A DNA stretch of 22,948 bases from Candidatus Poribacteria bacterium. GTDB taxonomy: Bacteria > Poribacteria > WGA-4E > UBA9662. Of this stretch, positions 9,435 to 17,622 are shown one piece after another. The stretch spans positions 1 through 22,948 of the forward strand of contig JAYGDX010000119.1 of NCBI GenBank assembly GCA_046582655.1. Direction: 5' to 3'. Below the pieces are notes generated by a model. It made no database searches and had not been told where the DNA came from. It worked only from the letters and a program-made list of their open reading frames with translations. Within the stretch, counting starts at the first letter, position 1; each line of letters opens with the position of its first letter. The position numbers and the translations under genes were made by a program.

Positions 9435-9539
9435 TTTTTGACCCTCCCACGATTAGCTATTCTGATCAGCCTCCATGATCCCACCACGAGCCCAGCTGTG
9501 GCTCTGCCCGCCGAGAAAACATGAGGAAAATAAAGCAAC

Positions 9540-9558
9540 TCCCTATCAGAGATAGGGA
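9540..9558. promoter_or_regulatory. Perfect palindrome TCCCTATC-AGA-GATAGGGA (operator-like or leader hairpin)
   Basis: 8-bp perfect arms with a 3-nt spacer, about 105 bp upstream of the GNAT start. Confidence 0.4.
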
Positions 9559-9637
9559 TGGATAAACGGCTTCAGCTGATCATGATTGGACTGGAAATAG
9601 CTGTTGATTCACCTTCTCTATCAATACCATTTATTAT

Positions 9638-9646
9638 ATTATATCA
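9638..9646 (-). promoter_or_regulatory. Extended -10 promoter element (TGATATAAT) facing the GNAT gene
   Basis: Perfect TGnTATAAT on the minus strand in an AT-rich patch next to the IS end. Confidence 0.45.
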
Positions 9647-9666
9647 GAGATCACCCGCCGATAGTA

Positions 9667-10072
9667 AGACCTGTTTGAAAGAGATTAGATTCGCTTCAAC
9701 ATCAATTGAATCATAGCGATATCATGTTCTCCGCATGCTGACTTTTCCGTTCATAATTCAGGTTTAAGCGTCGATACCAACCCAATCAAGAAAAAGGTTG
9801 CTCCGCTATCCACCGCTTGGCAAGGACTTGAAAGCCTGTTCCCTTCAAGTTGACTTCTATTTCTAATTGACATTGAAATCGATTCCACAACCATCACCCT
9901 TCAGATCTTCCTGGTAGGCACCATCGGCCCACAACCGTTAAATGAAGTTAGACTAAAACCAAACGGCCGTCAATAGCTGATAAGCCGTTTGACTGTCGGA
10001 AACGTTGGCAGCGGTCACTTTTACCTGTAACCTCCCAATATTTCAATCCATCTGTTTCCCAAAGTAGGTTCT
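9667..10072 (-). mobile_element. Degenerate, internally deleted IS5-family element (IS1031/IS427-like)
   Basis: One end reads AGACCTGTTTGAAA (9667-9680), just past the transposase stop. A weaker candidate opposite end (AGAACCTACTTTGGG on the minus strand) finishes at 10072. TA flanks both sides. The 10072 boundary is tentative. Confidence 0.75.
9685..10030 (-). pseudogene. IS5-family DDE transposase, C-terminal half, with stops and frameshifts
   Basis: Manual translation gives LQVKVTAANVSD..AYQLL, LWADGAY, GFQVLAKRWIAEQPFS*LGWYRRLNLNYERK..HAENM and IAMIQLMLKRI*, which are characteristic IS5-family motifs. Confidence 0.88.
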
Positions 10073-10079
10073 TAGTCTA

Positions 10080-10432
10080 AAATAATATTTATCCTGTTGA
10101 TTTTTAGCTGTTTTGCTTGGTTTGAATATATATAGTCAAAGTGAATGGGAGCATTTAACTGTCGAAAATGGGCTCGTGACCAACAATATAACTGATCTAG
10201 AAGACTCGGAAGACGATCTTTGGTTCGCAACATCAATCCGGTTTATGCTAGTTCAACGAGATGTCTTGAACCTATCTGAAGGTAATGCTAATTAAGCGTG
10301 CATTTCAGGCACCATATGGAAAAATCTAGGCGGGAGTTGGAGCCACTAGTATTTCTACGATGGTAACCAGCAGTACAAACACAACGTAGGTACACTTAGA
10401 CCTTTTGCCGGCATCACAGATTTTTTTGAAGA
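10080..10432 (+). pseudogene. Remnant of a secreted two-component-regulator (Reg_prop) beta-propeller protein
   Basis: A frameshifted signal-peptide-like stretch (KIIFILLIFSCF) is followed by WEHLTVENGLVTNNITDLEDSEDDLWFATS (GL.sN.I...eD..g.LWF.T repeat), then GLC*FN and YFYDGN in broken frames. The right boundary is approximate. Confidence 0.6.
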
Positions 10433-10467
10433 TTTGTTTTTAGTTTCCTGCCAGACCTAAGAATTAA

Positions 10468-10641
10468 ATTTCTCATAGGCTAAGACTTTTCAGCGCATTT
10501 TGACCAAATCCCAATTTTGTATTAGAGTACCGCGTTCTCCATACATTAAGATCATCCAAAATCCAAACTGATTTTTAGTTGTGTGAGGCAAGATATAGAA
10601 CTAACGCGAAGTGTTCAAACAGTCTTCAGGCTATGAGAAAT
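10468..10641. repeat. 174-bp non-coding segment bounded by long imperfect inverted repeats (MITE-like)
   Basis: ATTTCTCATAG (10468-10478) and CTATGAGAAAT (10631-10641) are a perfect 11-bp inverted repeat, extended imperfectly by GCT-AAGACT-TTT versus CCTGAAGACTGTTT. Confidence 0.55.
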
Positions 10642-10645
10642 AGAA

Positions 10646-11497
10646 CTATGGTATATCCGCCGAGCAGCGGAATCCATAGTTGCTGTCGGCAGACATTGGA
10701 GAGCGGTGGCTGCGACGAGAAACACGCAAGGCTTTGGTATCACCTAGCCAGGACCCTCCACGTAAAACCAACCAACCGTTTGGACTTGAATCCGGTCCTT
10801 TCGGATTCTTCGCGGGGGAACTACCATAATAGTCACTATTATACCAATCAGCACACCACTCTAATACATTTCCTGCCATATCGTATAATCCGTAACCATT
10901 GGACTCGAAGCTCCTCACCGGGGCCGTTTGATTATCCCATTTGTCTTTTGGATTGTCCCAGGGATCTTTGCCTCCCATACCAGAATAATTGGCATAGTCG
11001 TGCGTAATTCTATCTCCCCACGGATATTGTTTGCCTGCAAGTCCTCCTCGTGCCGCGTACTCCCATTCCGCTTCTGTAGGCAACCGTTTCCCTGCCCATT
11101 TGCAATAGGATACGGCATCATTCCAGGTAACATAAACCATCGGATGCTTATCATCTGGTGAATATTTTTCCACCTCGTTCCACCGACTGTATTTATGTCC
11201 ACTTTCATCTACAAACTTCTTGAATTGTTCCACTGTCACTTCTTGCGCGTCCATGTAAAAAGCGTCCAGTTCTACTTTATGGACTGGTTGTTCGTTAGCG
11301 TCACCTTCATCGAAATTGTCTCCCATCTCAAAGCTACCAGTGGGTATCAACATCATCCTGGCTCCGTCTGTCCGCCAAGTAATCACCTTCTTAGGACCTT
11401 CTTTCGGTTTTATTAGCTCATCTTCCCCACAACCAATGAAAACTAATCCCACCAAGATCAACACGATAACAGATTTCCTAAACATGGTATTCATCAT
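10646..11497 (-). CDS. FGE-sulfatase/SUMF1-domain lipoprotein (lacks catalytic cysteines)
   Basis: Lipobox VFIG-C, followed by GSFEMG, RLPTEAEWEYAARGG, NGYGLYDMAGNVLEWC, RGGSW and GFRC. The start may be ATG 11485. Confidence 0.9.
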   Translation of the reverse strand: MMNTMFRKSVIVLILVGLVFIGCGEDELIKPKEGPKKVITWRTDGARMMLIPTGSFEMGDNFDEGDANEQPVHKVELDAFYMDAQEVTVEQFKKFVDESGHKYSRWNEVEKYSPDDKHPMVYVTWNDAVSYCKWAGKRLPTEAEWEYAARGGLAGKQYPWGDRITHDYANYSGMGGKDPWDNPKDKWDNQTAPVRSFESNGYGLYDMAGNVLEWCADWYNSDYYGSSPAKNPKGPDSSPNGWLVLRGGSWLGDTKALRVSRRSHRSPMSADSNYGFRCSADIP

Positions 11498-11794
11498 TTA
11501 TAATAAGCCTTCAATTTAGATCTAAGTATCTATAAATACAGGTTAACATAACAAAGGATCACTTCTCAACTTTACTGTCTGAAGACGATACGATCCAAGC
11601 ACTGATTATTTGTTGTTTTACATGTATTGTTTCTCATAATAGGAGGTGCTTTTTTATAACTAATTTTTAGGGACAGAAATGATTTCAATTGTACTAAGTA
11701 GATATAGAAAGAGTGGAATATTAATGCTTAAAATGAACATTGATTTTACACTAGTAGAAAATCTCAAAATAAACTCAGATATATACATCATTAT

Positions 11795-12586
11795 TTACGA
11801 CGACCTTTTCTGATCCTCAAATATTTTTGTCCACGCAGCTGATTGAATAAGCAGAGTATCTTGGGCAGATGTTCCGATATCGGATACCAGATTGGTTAAT
11901 AATTCCGCTGTTACCTCCGGTTTCAGTAAGCTAGGCAGTTGAGCCTTAATTGCCTCTTGTCGGGATCCTCCAGCCTTTTCTGCTATCTCACCAATTACGT
12001 TTAGTTTCAGAGTGGTTGCCATGTTACCCGGAAGGATAACATGGACACGAATATTTAGCGGTTTGAGTTGTCCTGCTAATGTCAATCCAAAGCCGTATAC
12101 ACCTCCCTTGCTGGCAGCATAGGCAACAGATGAGCTCCCTCCAAGTACCCCGGCGCCGGATGCTATCATTAAAATTACGCCGCTATCGTGTTGCCCCATT
12201 AAACTAACAGCATGTTTGACGCAGAGAAATGTTCCCTTTAAATTCACGTCAATTACCTTGTCCCAATCAGTGGCTTCAAATTGATCGACACGCGTGTTAG
12301 GACTCAACAAGATACCCGCGCAAGTAACTAAGGCATCAAGTTTAGCAAACTTTCCTTTAGCTACATTTATCATGTTGATGACATCATTTTCACTGGTAAC
12401 ATCTGTGTGGACGAATTCAGCAGTGCCCCCTTTTTCCCTAATCAACTCTACTGTTTTTTCCCCTCCTGAAGTATTCGTATCAGCAACAATGACACTGGCG
12501 CCTGACCCAGCATAACGTATTGCTGTGGCCTCACCCAGACCTGAAGCGCCACCTGTAATAATAGCAACTTTGTTTTCAAGTACCAT
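11795..12586 (-). CDS. Short-chain dehydrogenase/reductase (classical SDR)
   Basis: TGGASGLG, VNLKG, catalytic Ser and YAASK motifs. Confidence 0.92.
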   Translation of the reverse strand: MVLENKVAIITGGASGLGEATAIRYAGSGASVIVADTNTSGGEKTVELIREKGGTAEFVHTDVTSENDVINMINVAKGKFAKLDALVTCAGILLSPNTRVDQFEATDWDKVIDVNLKGTFLCVKHAVSLMGQHDSGVILMIASGAGVLGGSSSVAYAASKGGVYGFGLTLAGQLKPLNIRVHVILPGNMATTLKLNVIGEIAEKAGGSRQEAIKAQLPSLLKPEVTAELLTNLVSDIGTSAQDTLLIQSAAWTKIFEDQKRSS

Positions 12587-12603
12587 CTTTCACTTTCGAT
12601 ATG

Positions 12604-13467
12604 TTAGTTAAAGGATTCATCCCATTCCAATCCAGCTTGAAGCATGGCAGCGTCCAGTGCATTTTTGGCTTTGGGAATCTGTTCATTTGATAAGTGTTCG
12701 ATAATCGCATAGCCATCTGGGCATGAAACTTGAAACCGAGTCACTAAATTAACTAGATCCATTCTCCTATCCCCTGGCGTTGATTGATATGTAAGACCAA
12801 TTTCTTTTCCACCTGCACATCCTTGATGTGCGCGGTAGCTATGTAAGGCCCAAGAACATCGAAGAATCGATCAAGAAAACTCGTCGTGTCATAGGCTGCC
12901 TCCAAAGTGCCAATAAAGTTGATCGGATCCTCACAAAATCGAAGAGCAGGTGAGTCTACAGTTTCAATAACTTCTCACACTTTCTCTGGTGTTGGTAACG
13001 GTGAGACAACGTGCCCTTCCAATACCACACAAACTCCTTCTGATTCAGCTGCAGACGCAATTCCTCGCAAACTAGAGACCAAACGCTCTACAGTTGCCGG
13101 ATCGGTGTTTTCTGGATGTGGCAACCACGGACCTCTCGGATTGATTCTACCAGGCTGAACATAGAGTGTGGCAGCGTTCAACAAGCAAGCTATTTGACAC
13201 ATTTTTTGGACTGCTTGCACACCCTTAGCACGCAGAGCATCTTCTTTGTTGACCAAGAAGGGATACTGTGCGTTGCTTTGTGTTACCCAAATGCCCTTGA
13301 TCAGCCAAAATTGTTTTGGCTCGGATGAGATCCTGTGAAACAACGTTAAATAGGTCTGAAAATGTGATGTGTGCACCGGTGAAGTCTGCCTCCTGCACAC
13401 GCTTGGCGGTATCTTCGTCGATAGCAGCAATATCACCGGGTAAGAATCCAGCTACACCTGGTCGCAT
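12604..13467 (-). pseudogene. Sugar phosphate isomerase/epimerase (xylose-isomerase-like TIM barrel) pseudogene
   Basis: One protein is split over several frames: MRPGVAGF...ADQG, frameshift at about 13295, ...LEGHVVSPL..EKV, TGA at 12977-12975, EVIETVDSPALRFCEDPINF...AHIKD, second frameshift at about 12785, ...YAIIEHL...WDESFN*. AGAGG ribosome-binding site upstream. Confidence 0.85.
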
Positions 13468-13553
13468 AAATTTCCTCTTTCTAGGTGATTCAGCCCTGAT
13501 GAGTTTTGAATATTGAAATCTAAAGTCACATTATAATTTTTAATTTACATAAA

Positions 13554-13928
13554 TCATGTCTCTTTATCAATAACTATCTGATCCCCAGCTTTGACACTTT
13601 TGAATACTTTTGAGTCACCGTCTACCGATCCGAGTATGTTCACAGGACTATAGGCTTTGGGTTTGTCACTGGTGCTAACAGGAGTTCGGCCGAAGAATAT
13701 ACACAGTGCACTGCCCGGTGGCCAATATCCCAGAGTCCCAACTTCAACCTCCTGACGTGCGTCTGAAACCTGTTCTAAGGAGACAGGAATTTCAAAGTAA
13801 ATTTCATCTCCCCAAATGTTAGCGCTACCATTCAACGGTAATGCTTCCCAAATTTTGTCCGCTGAAACCGAGTCGTTCAATTCTGCTGAAACCGACAAAT
13901 TATTGACAGTAATTAAGATTTTTTTCAT
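13554..13928 (-). CDS. Cyclophilin-like fold protein (DUF369/TM1367 type)
   Basis: 124 aa with LP...WGDEIYF, G.LGYWPPGSALCIFFG.TP and P...SPVN motifs. Confidence 0.85.
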   Translation of the reverse strand: MKKILITVNNLSVSAELNDSVSADKIWEALPLNGSANIWGDEIYFEIPVSLEQVSDARQEVEVGTLGYWPPGSALCIFFGRTPVSTSDKPKAYSPVNILGSVDGDSKVFKSVKAGDQIVIDKET

Positions 13929-14018
13929 CAGTTTATCACCGGTTCGTAAATTTATTGCTCCATTTTATGATAGATACATTTACTTGTACAGCGAAAGAAT
14001 GCTATCAACTTCTTTCAG

Positions 14019-14047
14019 TTGAAACGCAGCATAGAATTTGCTACTAT
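14019..14047 (+). promoter_or_regulatory. Putative sigma70 promoter of the lactonase operon
   Basis: TTGAAA-17 nt-TACTAT with TGn extended -10, followed by a GAGG ribosome-binding site. Confidence 0.5.
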
Positions 14048-14094
14048 ACTTAATTATTTAAAATTGGACACTTAAGAATTGAGGAAATGTGATT

Positions 14095-15189
14095 ATGCCA
14101 GAACAGAATAGCAAAGAAATCTATGTTTACGTGGGAACCTATACCAATAGTGGCAAAAGCAAAGGCATCTACGTTTACCGTATCAGCTTGGATTCTGGAG
14201 CCTTAGAGTTTGTCAGTGTAACAGAGGGTATTGAAAACCCTTCTTTTCTGGACATTGATTCTCAACGAAAATACCTCTACTCAGTCAATGAAGTTGGGGA
14301 ATTTGCTGGTGAGTCTAGTGGTGCGGTGACGGCCTTCTCCATAGATTCGGAAACAGGAGAATTGACATATTTAAACCAGCAATCTTCACGAGGAAATGGT
14401 CCCTGCCACCTCAGTATCGATAAGACTGACCGATTCGTTCTAGTTGCCAATTATGGTGGTGGAAGTGTTTCTATCCTACCAATACAACAGGATGGGCAGA
14501 TCGGTGAAGCGACTGATTTTGTCCAGCATCAAGGTTCTAGCGCAAATCCAAATCGTCAACAGGAACCACATGCTCATTCCATTATGCTGGGGCCCGGCAA
14601 TAAATACGCTTTTGCTGCTGATCTTGGTGTGGATAAGATCTTGATCTATCAGCTTGATTTAGACGCAGGTAAGCTGATACCGAATGACCATCCTTGGGCT
14701 TCGATTACCCCTGGTGCTGGGCCTCGTCATTTTGCCTTTACTCCCAATGGTGAATATGCATATTTGATTAATGAATTGGATTCGACGATGACGGCCTTCA
14801 CTTATGACGCATCGCAAGGGAAGCTTAGCCAGATACAAACGGTTCCCACACTTCCCGACGATTTTGAAGATGTCAGTCATTGTGCTGATGTGCATGTCTC
14901 TCCATCGGGGAAATTTGTTTATGGATCTAACCGTGGACATGACAGTCTGGTCATTTTCAAAATTGAGGACACTGGCCATCTCTCGTATGTTGGACATCAA
15001 TTGACGCTGGGGCAGAACCCTCGCAACTTTGCTATTGATCCTACAGGAACTTTTTTGTTAGCTGCCAACCAGTCAACCGATAACATCGTTACCTTTCGAA
15101 TAGATCAACAAACCGGAGAACTGACTTCAACAGGGAATATCGTCGAAGTTCCGATGCCTGTGTGCATAAAGATGATTTACTTGCCTTAA
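14095..15189 (+). CDS. pgl: Lactonase, 7-bladed beta-propeller (6-phosphogluconolactonase Pgl/YbhE-like)
   Basis: YVGTYT, NPSFL, GPCHL, ANYGGG, RQQEPHAH, DLGVD, GAGPRH, SNRGHDS and PRNF motifs. No signal peptide. Start is ATG 14095 or GTG 14089. Confidence 0.9.
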   Translation: MPEQNSKEIYVYVGTYTNSGKSKGIYVYRISLDSGALEFVSVTEGIENPSFLDIDSQRKYLYSVNEVGEFAGESSGAVTAFSIDSETGELTYLNQQSSRGNGPCHLSIDKTDRFVLVANYGGGSVSILPIQQDGQIGEATDFVQHQGSSANPNRQQEPHAHSIMLGPGNKYAFAADLGVDKILIYQLDLDAGKLIPNDHPWASITPGAGPRHFAFTPNGEYAYLINELDSTMTAFTYDASQGKLSQIQTVPTLPDDFEDVSHCADVHVSPSGKFVYGSNRGHDSLVIFKIEDTGHLSYVGHQLTLGQNPRNFAIDPTGTFLLAANQSTDNIVTFRIDQQTGELTSTGNIVEVPMPVCIKMIYLP

Positions 15190-15221
15190 CAAATCAAATC
15201 TGGATCATGAGGTAATTTCCA

Positions 15222-16235
15222 ATGAAGATTACAGAGGTAGAACAATTTGTTGTTGCTGTACCGCATATTCAACCAATTCAGAAAAATCGTCCTCAGGATT
15301 ATACTGACCGACCGATTTCCATTATTAAAGTTCACACAGACGAAGGGATCCACGGATTGGGTGAGAGCGGTCGGGGTGGACGGTTCGATGATGCCATGGA
15401 GAAATGGATCGGGTTGGATCCCATGACGTTAAAGTGGCAGGATCTTGGTGGTGGGTTTGGATCGGCCATATTCGATATTGTGGGCAAAGCTCTGGGTGTA
15501 CCAGCTCATAAGTTGATGGGTGCGCAACATTGGGAAAAAGTTCCTGTTGGTTATTGGTCATGCCCAATGGAACCGGAGGAATTTGCGGCAGAGGCCGAGG
15601 TGGGTATCAACCTGGGGTTTAAAACGCACAAGCTTAAAGCACGTCCTTGGAATATTGTGGAGACTGTTCGGTTAATGACGGAAGCTGCTGGCCCTGATTA
15701 CGGTATCATAGTTGATCCGAATTTCACTTTCGAAACACCCGAGAAATCAATTCGATTAGCTCACAAATTGGAAAAGTACAACATTGAAGCATTTGAAGAT
15801 CCATTTTCATATGAGGAGCATGGTTGGGATAGTTATCGCCAGTTCCGCCAGCAGACTAATATCCCGTTAGCACCGCATTTATATGACCCCAAAAAGATTC
15901 TGGAAGCTATTAAAGCAGATGCGGCTGACATGTTCAACACCGGAGGCAGCCCCAGCCATGCTGCCAAAAACGCCGGTATTGCTGATGCGGCTGGAATGCC
16001 GGTTTGGTTGCAAGTGGTAGGACTGGGACTTGGAGTTTCCGGTGCCTTTGCCACCCACGTTCATGCCGTGATTAAGAACGCAACTATACCGAGTGACTCT
16101 CTGCATTTTGTTCGAGAGAGCGACTTGATCTATGGCGCGTTGACGCCCAAAGACGGTTTTGTCCAAGTTCCAACGGACCCAGGGTTAGGTATCGAACTGG
16201 ACATGGATGCAGTGGAAAAATATCGTGTTGCCTAG
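15222..16235 (+). CDS. Mandelate racemase/muconate lactonizing enzyme (enolase superfamily) protein
   Basis: MKIT.VE, TDEGIHGLGE, DIVGKALGVP, KLK, VDPN, FEDP and PTDPGLGIELD motifs. Confidence 0.9.
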   Translation: MKITEVEQFVVAVPHIQPIQKNRPQDYTDRPISIIKVHTDEGIHGLGESGRGGRFDDAMEKWIGLDPMTLKWQDLGGGFGSAIFDIVGKALGVPAHKLMGAQHWEKVPVGYWSCPMEPEEFAAEAEVGINLGFKTHKLKARPWNIVETVRLMTEAAGPDYGIIVDPNFTFETPEKSIRLAHKLEKYNIEAFEDPFSYEEHGWDSYRQFRQQTNIPLAPHLYDPKKILEAIKADAADMFNTGGSPSHAAKNAGIADAAGMPVWLQVVGLGLGVSGAFATHVHAVIKNATIPSDSLHFVRESDLIYGALTPKDGFVQVPTDPGLGIELDMDAVEKYRVA

Positions 16236-16241
16236 TATTAA

Positions 16242-17609
16242 ATGATGACTAACGTGATGCCAGACGAAGATTTGACAAAACTAAGGACCGAGGGGGATCT
16301 CAACATCTCTCCGCTTCGGTCGGCTTGGTCTGCAGAGAATATTGATTCACAAACACAAAAATTGTTGGATCAAGACTCCAAATATTTTTTGCACCAGTCT
16401 CTATCAACGCCATGTTTGAATGTCTTATCCAAGTGTGACGGTATATACATTGAAGACATCAATGGAAACCGGATCATGGATTTTCATGGGAATAACGTTC
16501 ATCAAGTCGGCTTTGGAAATCCCGATGTTGTCGAAGCGATCAAGTCCCAAATTGATCAACTATCCTTTTGTACTCGGCGTTACACTAACCTTCCTGCTAT
16601 CAAATTAGCCCAAAAATTAGTAGAAATAACATCTGGCCAATTAAACAAGGTGCTATTTGCTCCCAGTGGGTCCTTAGCTGTCGGGATGGCTTTAAAACTT
16701 GCCCGAGTTGTAACAGGGCGATTCAAAACGATTTCACTGTGGGATTCGTTTCACGGAGCCGGACTGGATACCATCTCGATTGGAGGGGAAGCAATCTTTC
16801 GTAACGATATCGGACCGCTTCTGCCTGGAACTGAACATGTGCCTCCACCATATCCTTCAACATGTGTCTGGGAGTGTGGTCAGACTTGTAACCTGAAATG
16901 TGCTAATTATATCGAATATGTTTTGGAAAAGGAAGGTGATGTTGGAGCCGTGATTGCCGAGACAATTAGAAGCACATCCATCACACCACCACCAGAGTAT
17001 TGGAAGACTGTTCGAGAAGCCTGCAGCAAACACGGCGCACTACTCATACTAGATGAGATCCCACACAGCCTGGGACGTACAGGAAAGATGTTCACCTACC
17101 AACATTACGGCATTGTCCCCGATATGCTGGTAATTGGGAAAGGGCTTGGCGGCGGCATCTTCCCGTTAGCAGCGCTAATAACCCGGGAAGACTTTGATAT
17201 TACGCCAGATCGTGCTCTTGGCCACTATACACATGAGAAGAATCCAGTTGCTTGTGCAGCTGGATTAGCGGCTATCGAGTATACAGAGTCTGAGGGGCTT
17301 GTCAAAAATGCTGAAACTGTCGGCGAATATGCAATACACCGCCTACAAACGATGATGGATACCTATGACATAATAGGAGCTGTTAGAGGTATGGGGTTGC
17401 TGATCGGTGTGGAATTGGTTAAAACCCGCCAAAGTATGGAACCAGCGATTGATCAAGCGGAACGGGTCATGTACATGTCACTCTCAAAAGGACTCAATTT
17501 TAAGGTGACTATGGGGAATATACTGACGTTGACACCGCCATTAACAATTACCAAACAGGAAATGGATAAAGCCATTGATATCTTATCAGAGTGCTTTAGC
17601 CAACTGTGA
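16242..17609 (+). CDS. pbfA: Class-III PLP enzyme, PbfA-like (R)-1-hydroxy-2-aminoethylphosphonate ammonia-lyase
   Basis: The N-terminal RTEGD.N...R..W extension, FLHQSLSTPCL, MDFHGNNVHQ, WDSFHGA.LD, DEIP, GKGLGGG (PLP Lys) and GHYTHEK.P match my recollection of PbfA rather than generic GabT/ArgD. Confidence 0.78.
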   Translation: MMTNVMPDEDLTKLRTEGDLNISPLRSAWSAENIDSQTQKLLDQDSKYFLHQSLSTPCLNVLSKCDGIYIEDINGNRIMDFHGNNVHQVGFGNPDVVEAIKSQIDQLSFCTRRYTNLPAIKLAQKLVEITSGQLNKVLFAPSGSLAVGMALKLARVVTGRFKTISLWDSFHGAGLDTISIGGEAIFRNDIGPLLPGTEHVPPPYPSTCVWECGQTCNLKCANYIEYVLEKEGDVGAVIAETIRSTSITPPPEYWKTVREACSKHGALLILDEIPHSLGRTGKMFTYQHYGIVPDMLVIGKGLGGGIFPLAALITREDFDITPDRALGHYTHEKNPVACAAGLAAIEYTESEGLVKNAETVGEYAIHRLQTMMDTYDIIGAVRGMGLLIGVELVKTRQSMEPAIDQAERVMYMSLSKGLNFKVTMGNILTLTPPLTITKQEMDKAIDILSECFSQL

Positions 17610-17622
17610 TGTGGGTTTCAAT

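Noticed and set aside
9758..9840. Plus-strand reading SGLSVD...LSTAWQGLE as another copy of the C-terminal tail motif
   Set aside because: It is better explained as the antisense of the IS5 transposase remnant.
10646..10780. Diversity-generating retroelement variable region
   Set aside because: No template repeat or reverse transcriptase is visible in the window.
10579..11519. Several + strand and alternate-frame ORFs over the FGE-domain gene
   Set aside because: They are shadow ORFs fully overlapping a well-supported CDS.
12907..13516. ORFs 12975-13436 and 13225-13467 as two separate genes, or a programmed frameshift
   Set aside because: They are pieces of one isomerase gene. The additional stop and second frameshift indicate decay rather than recoding.
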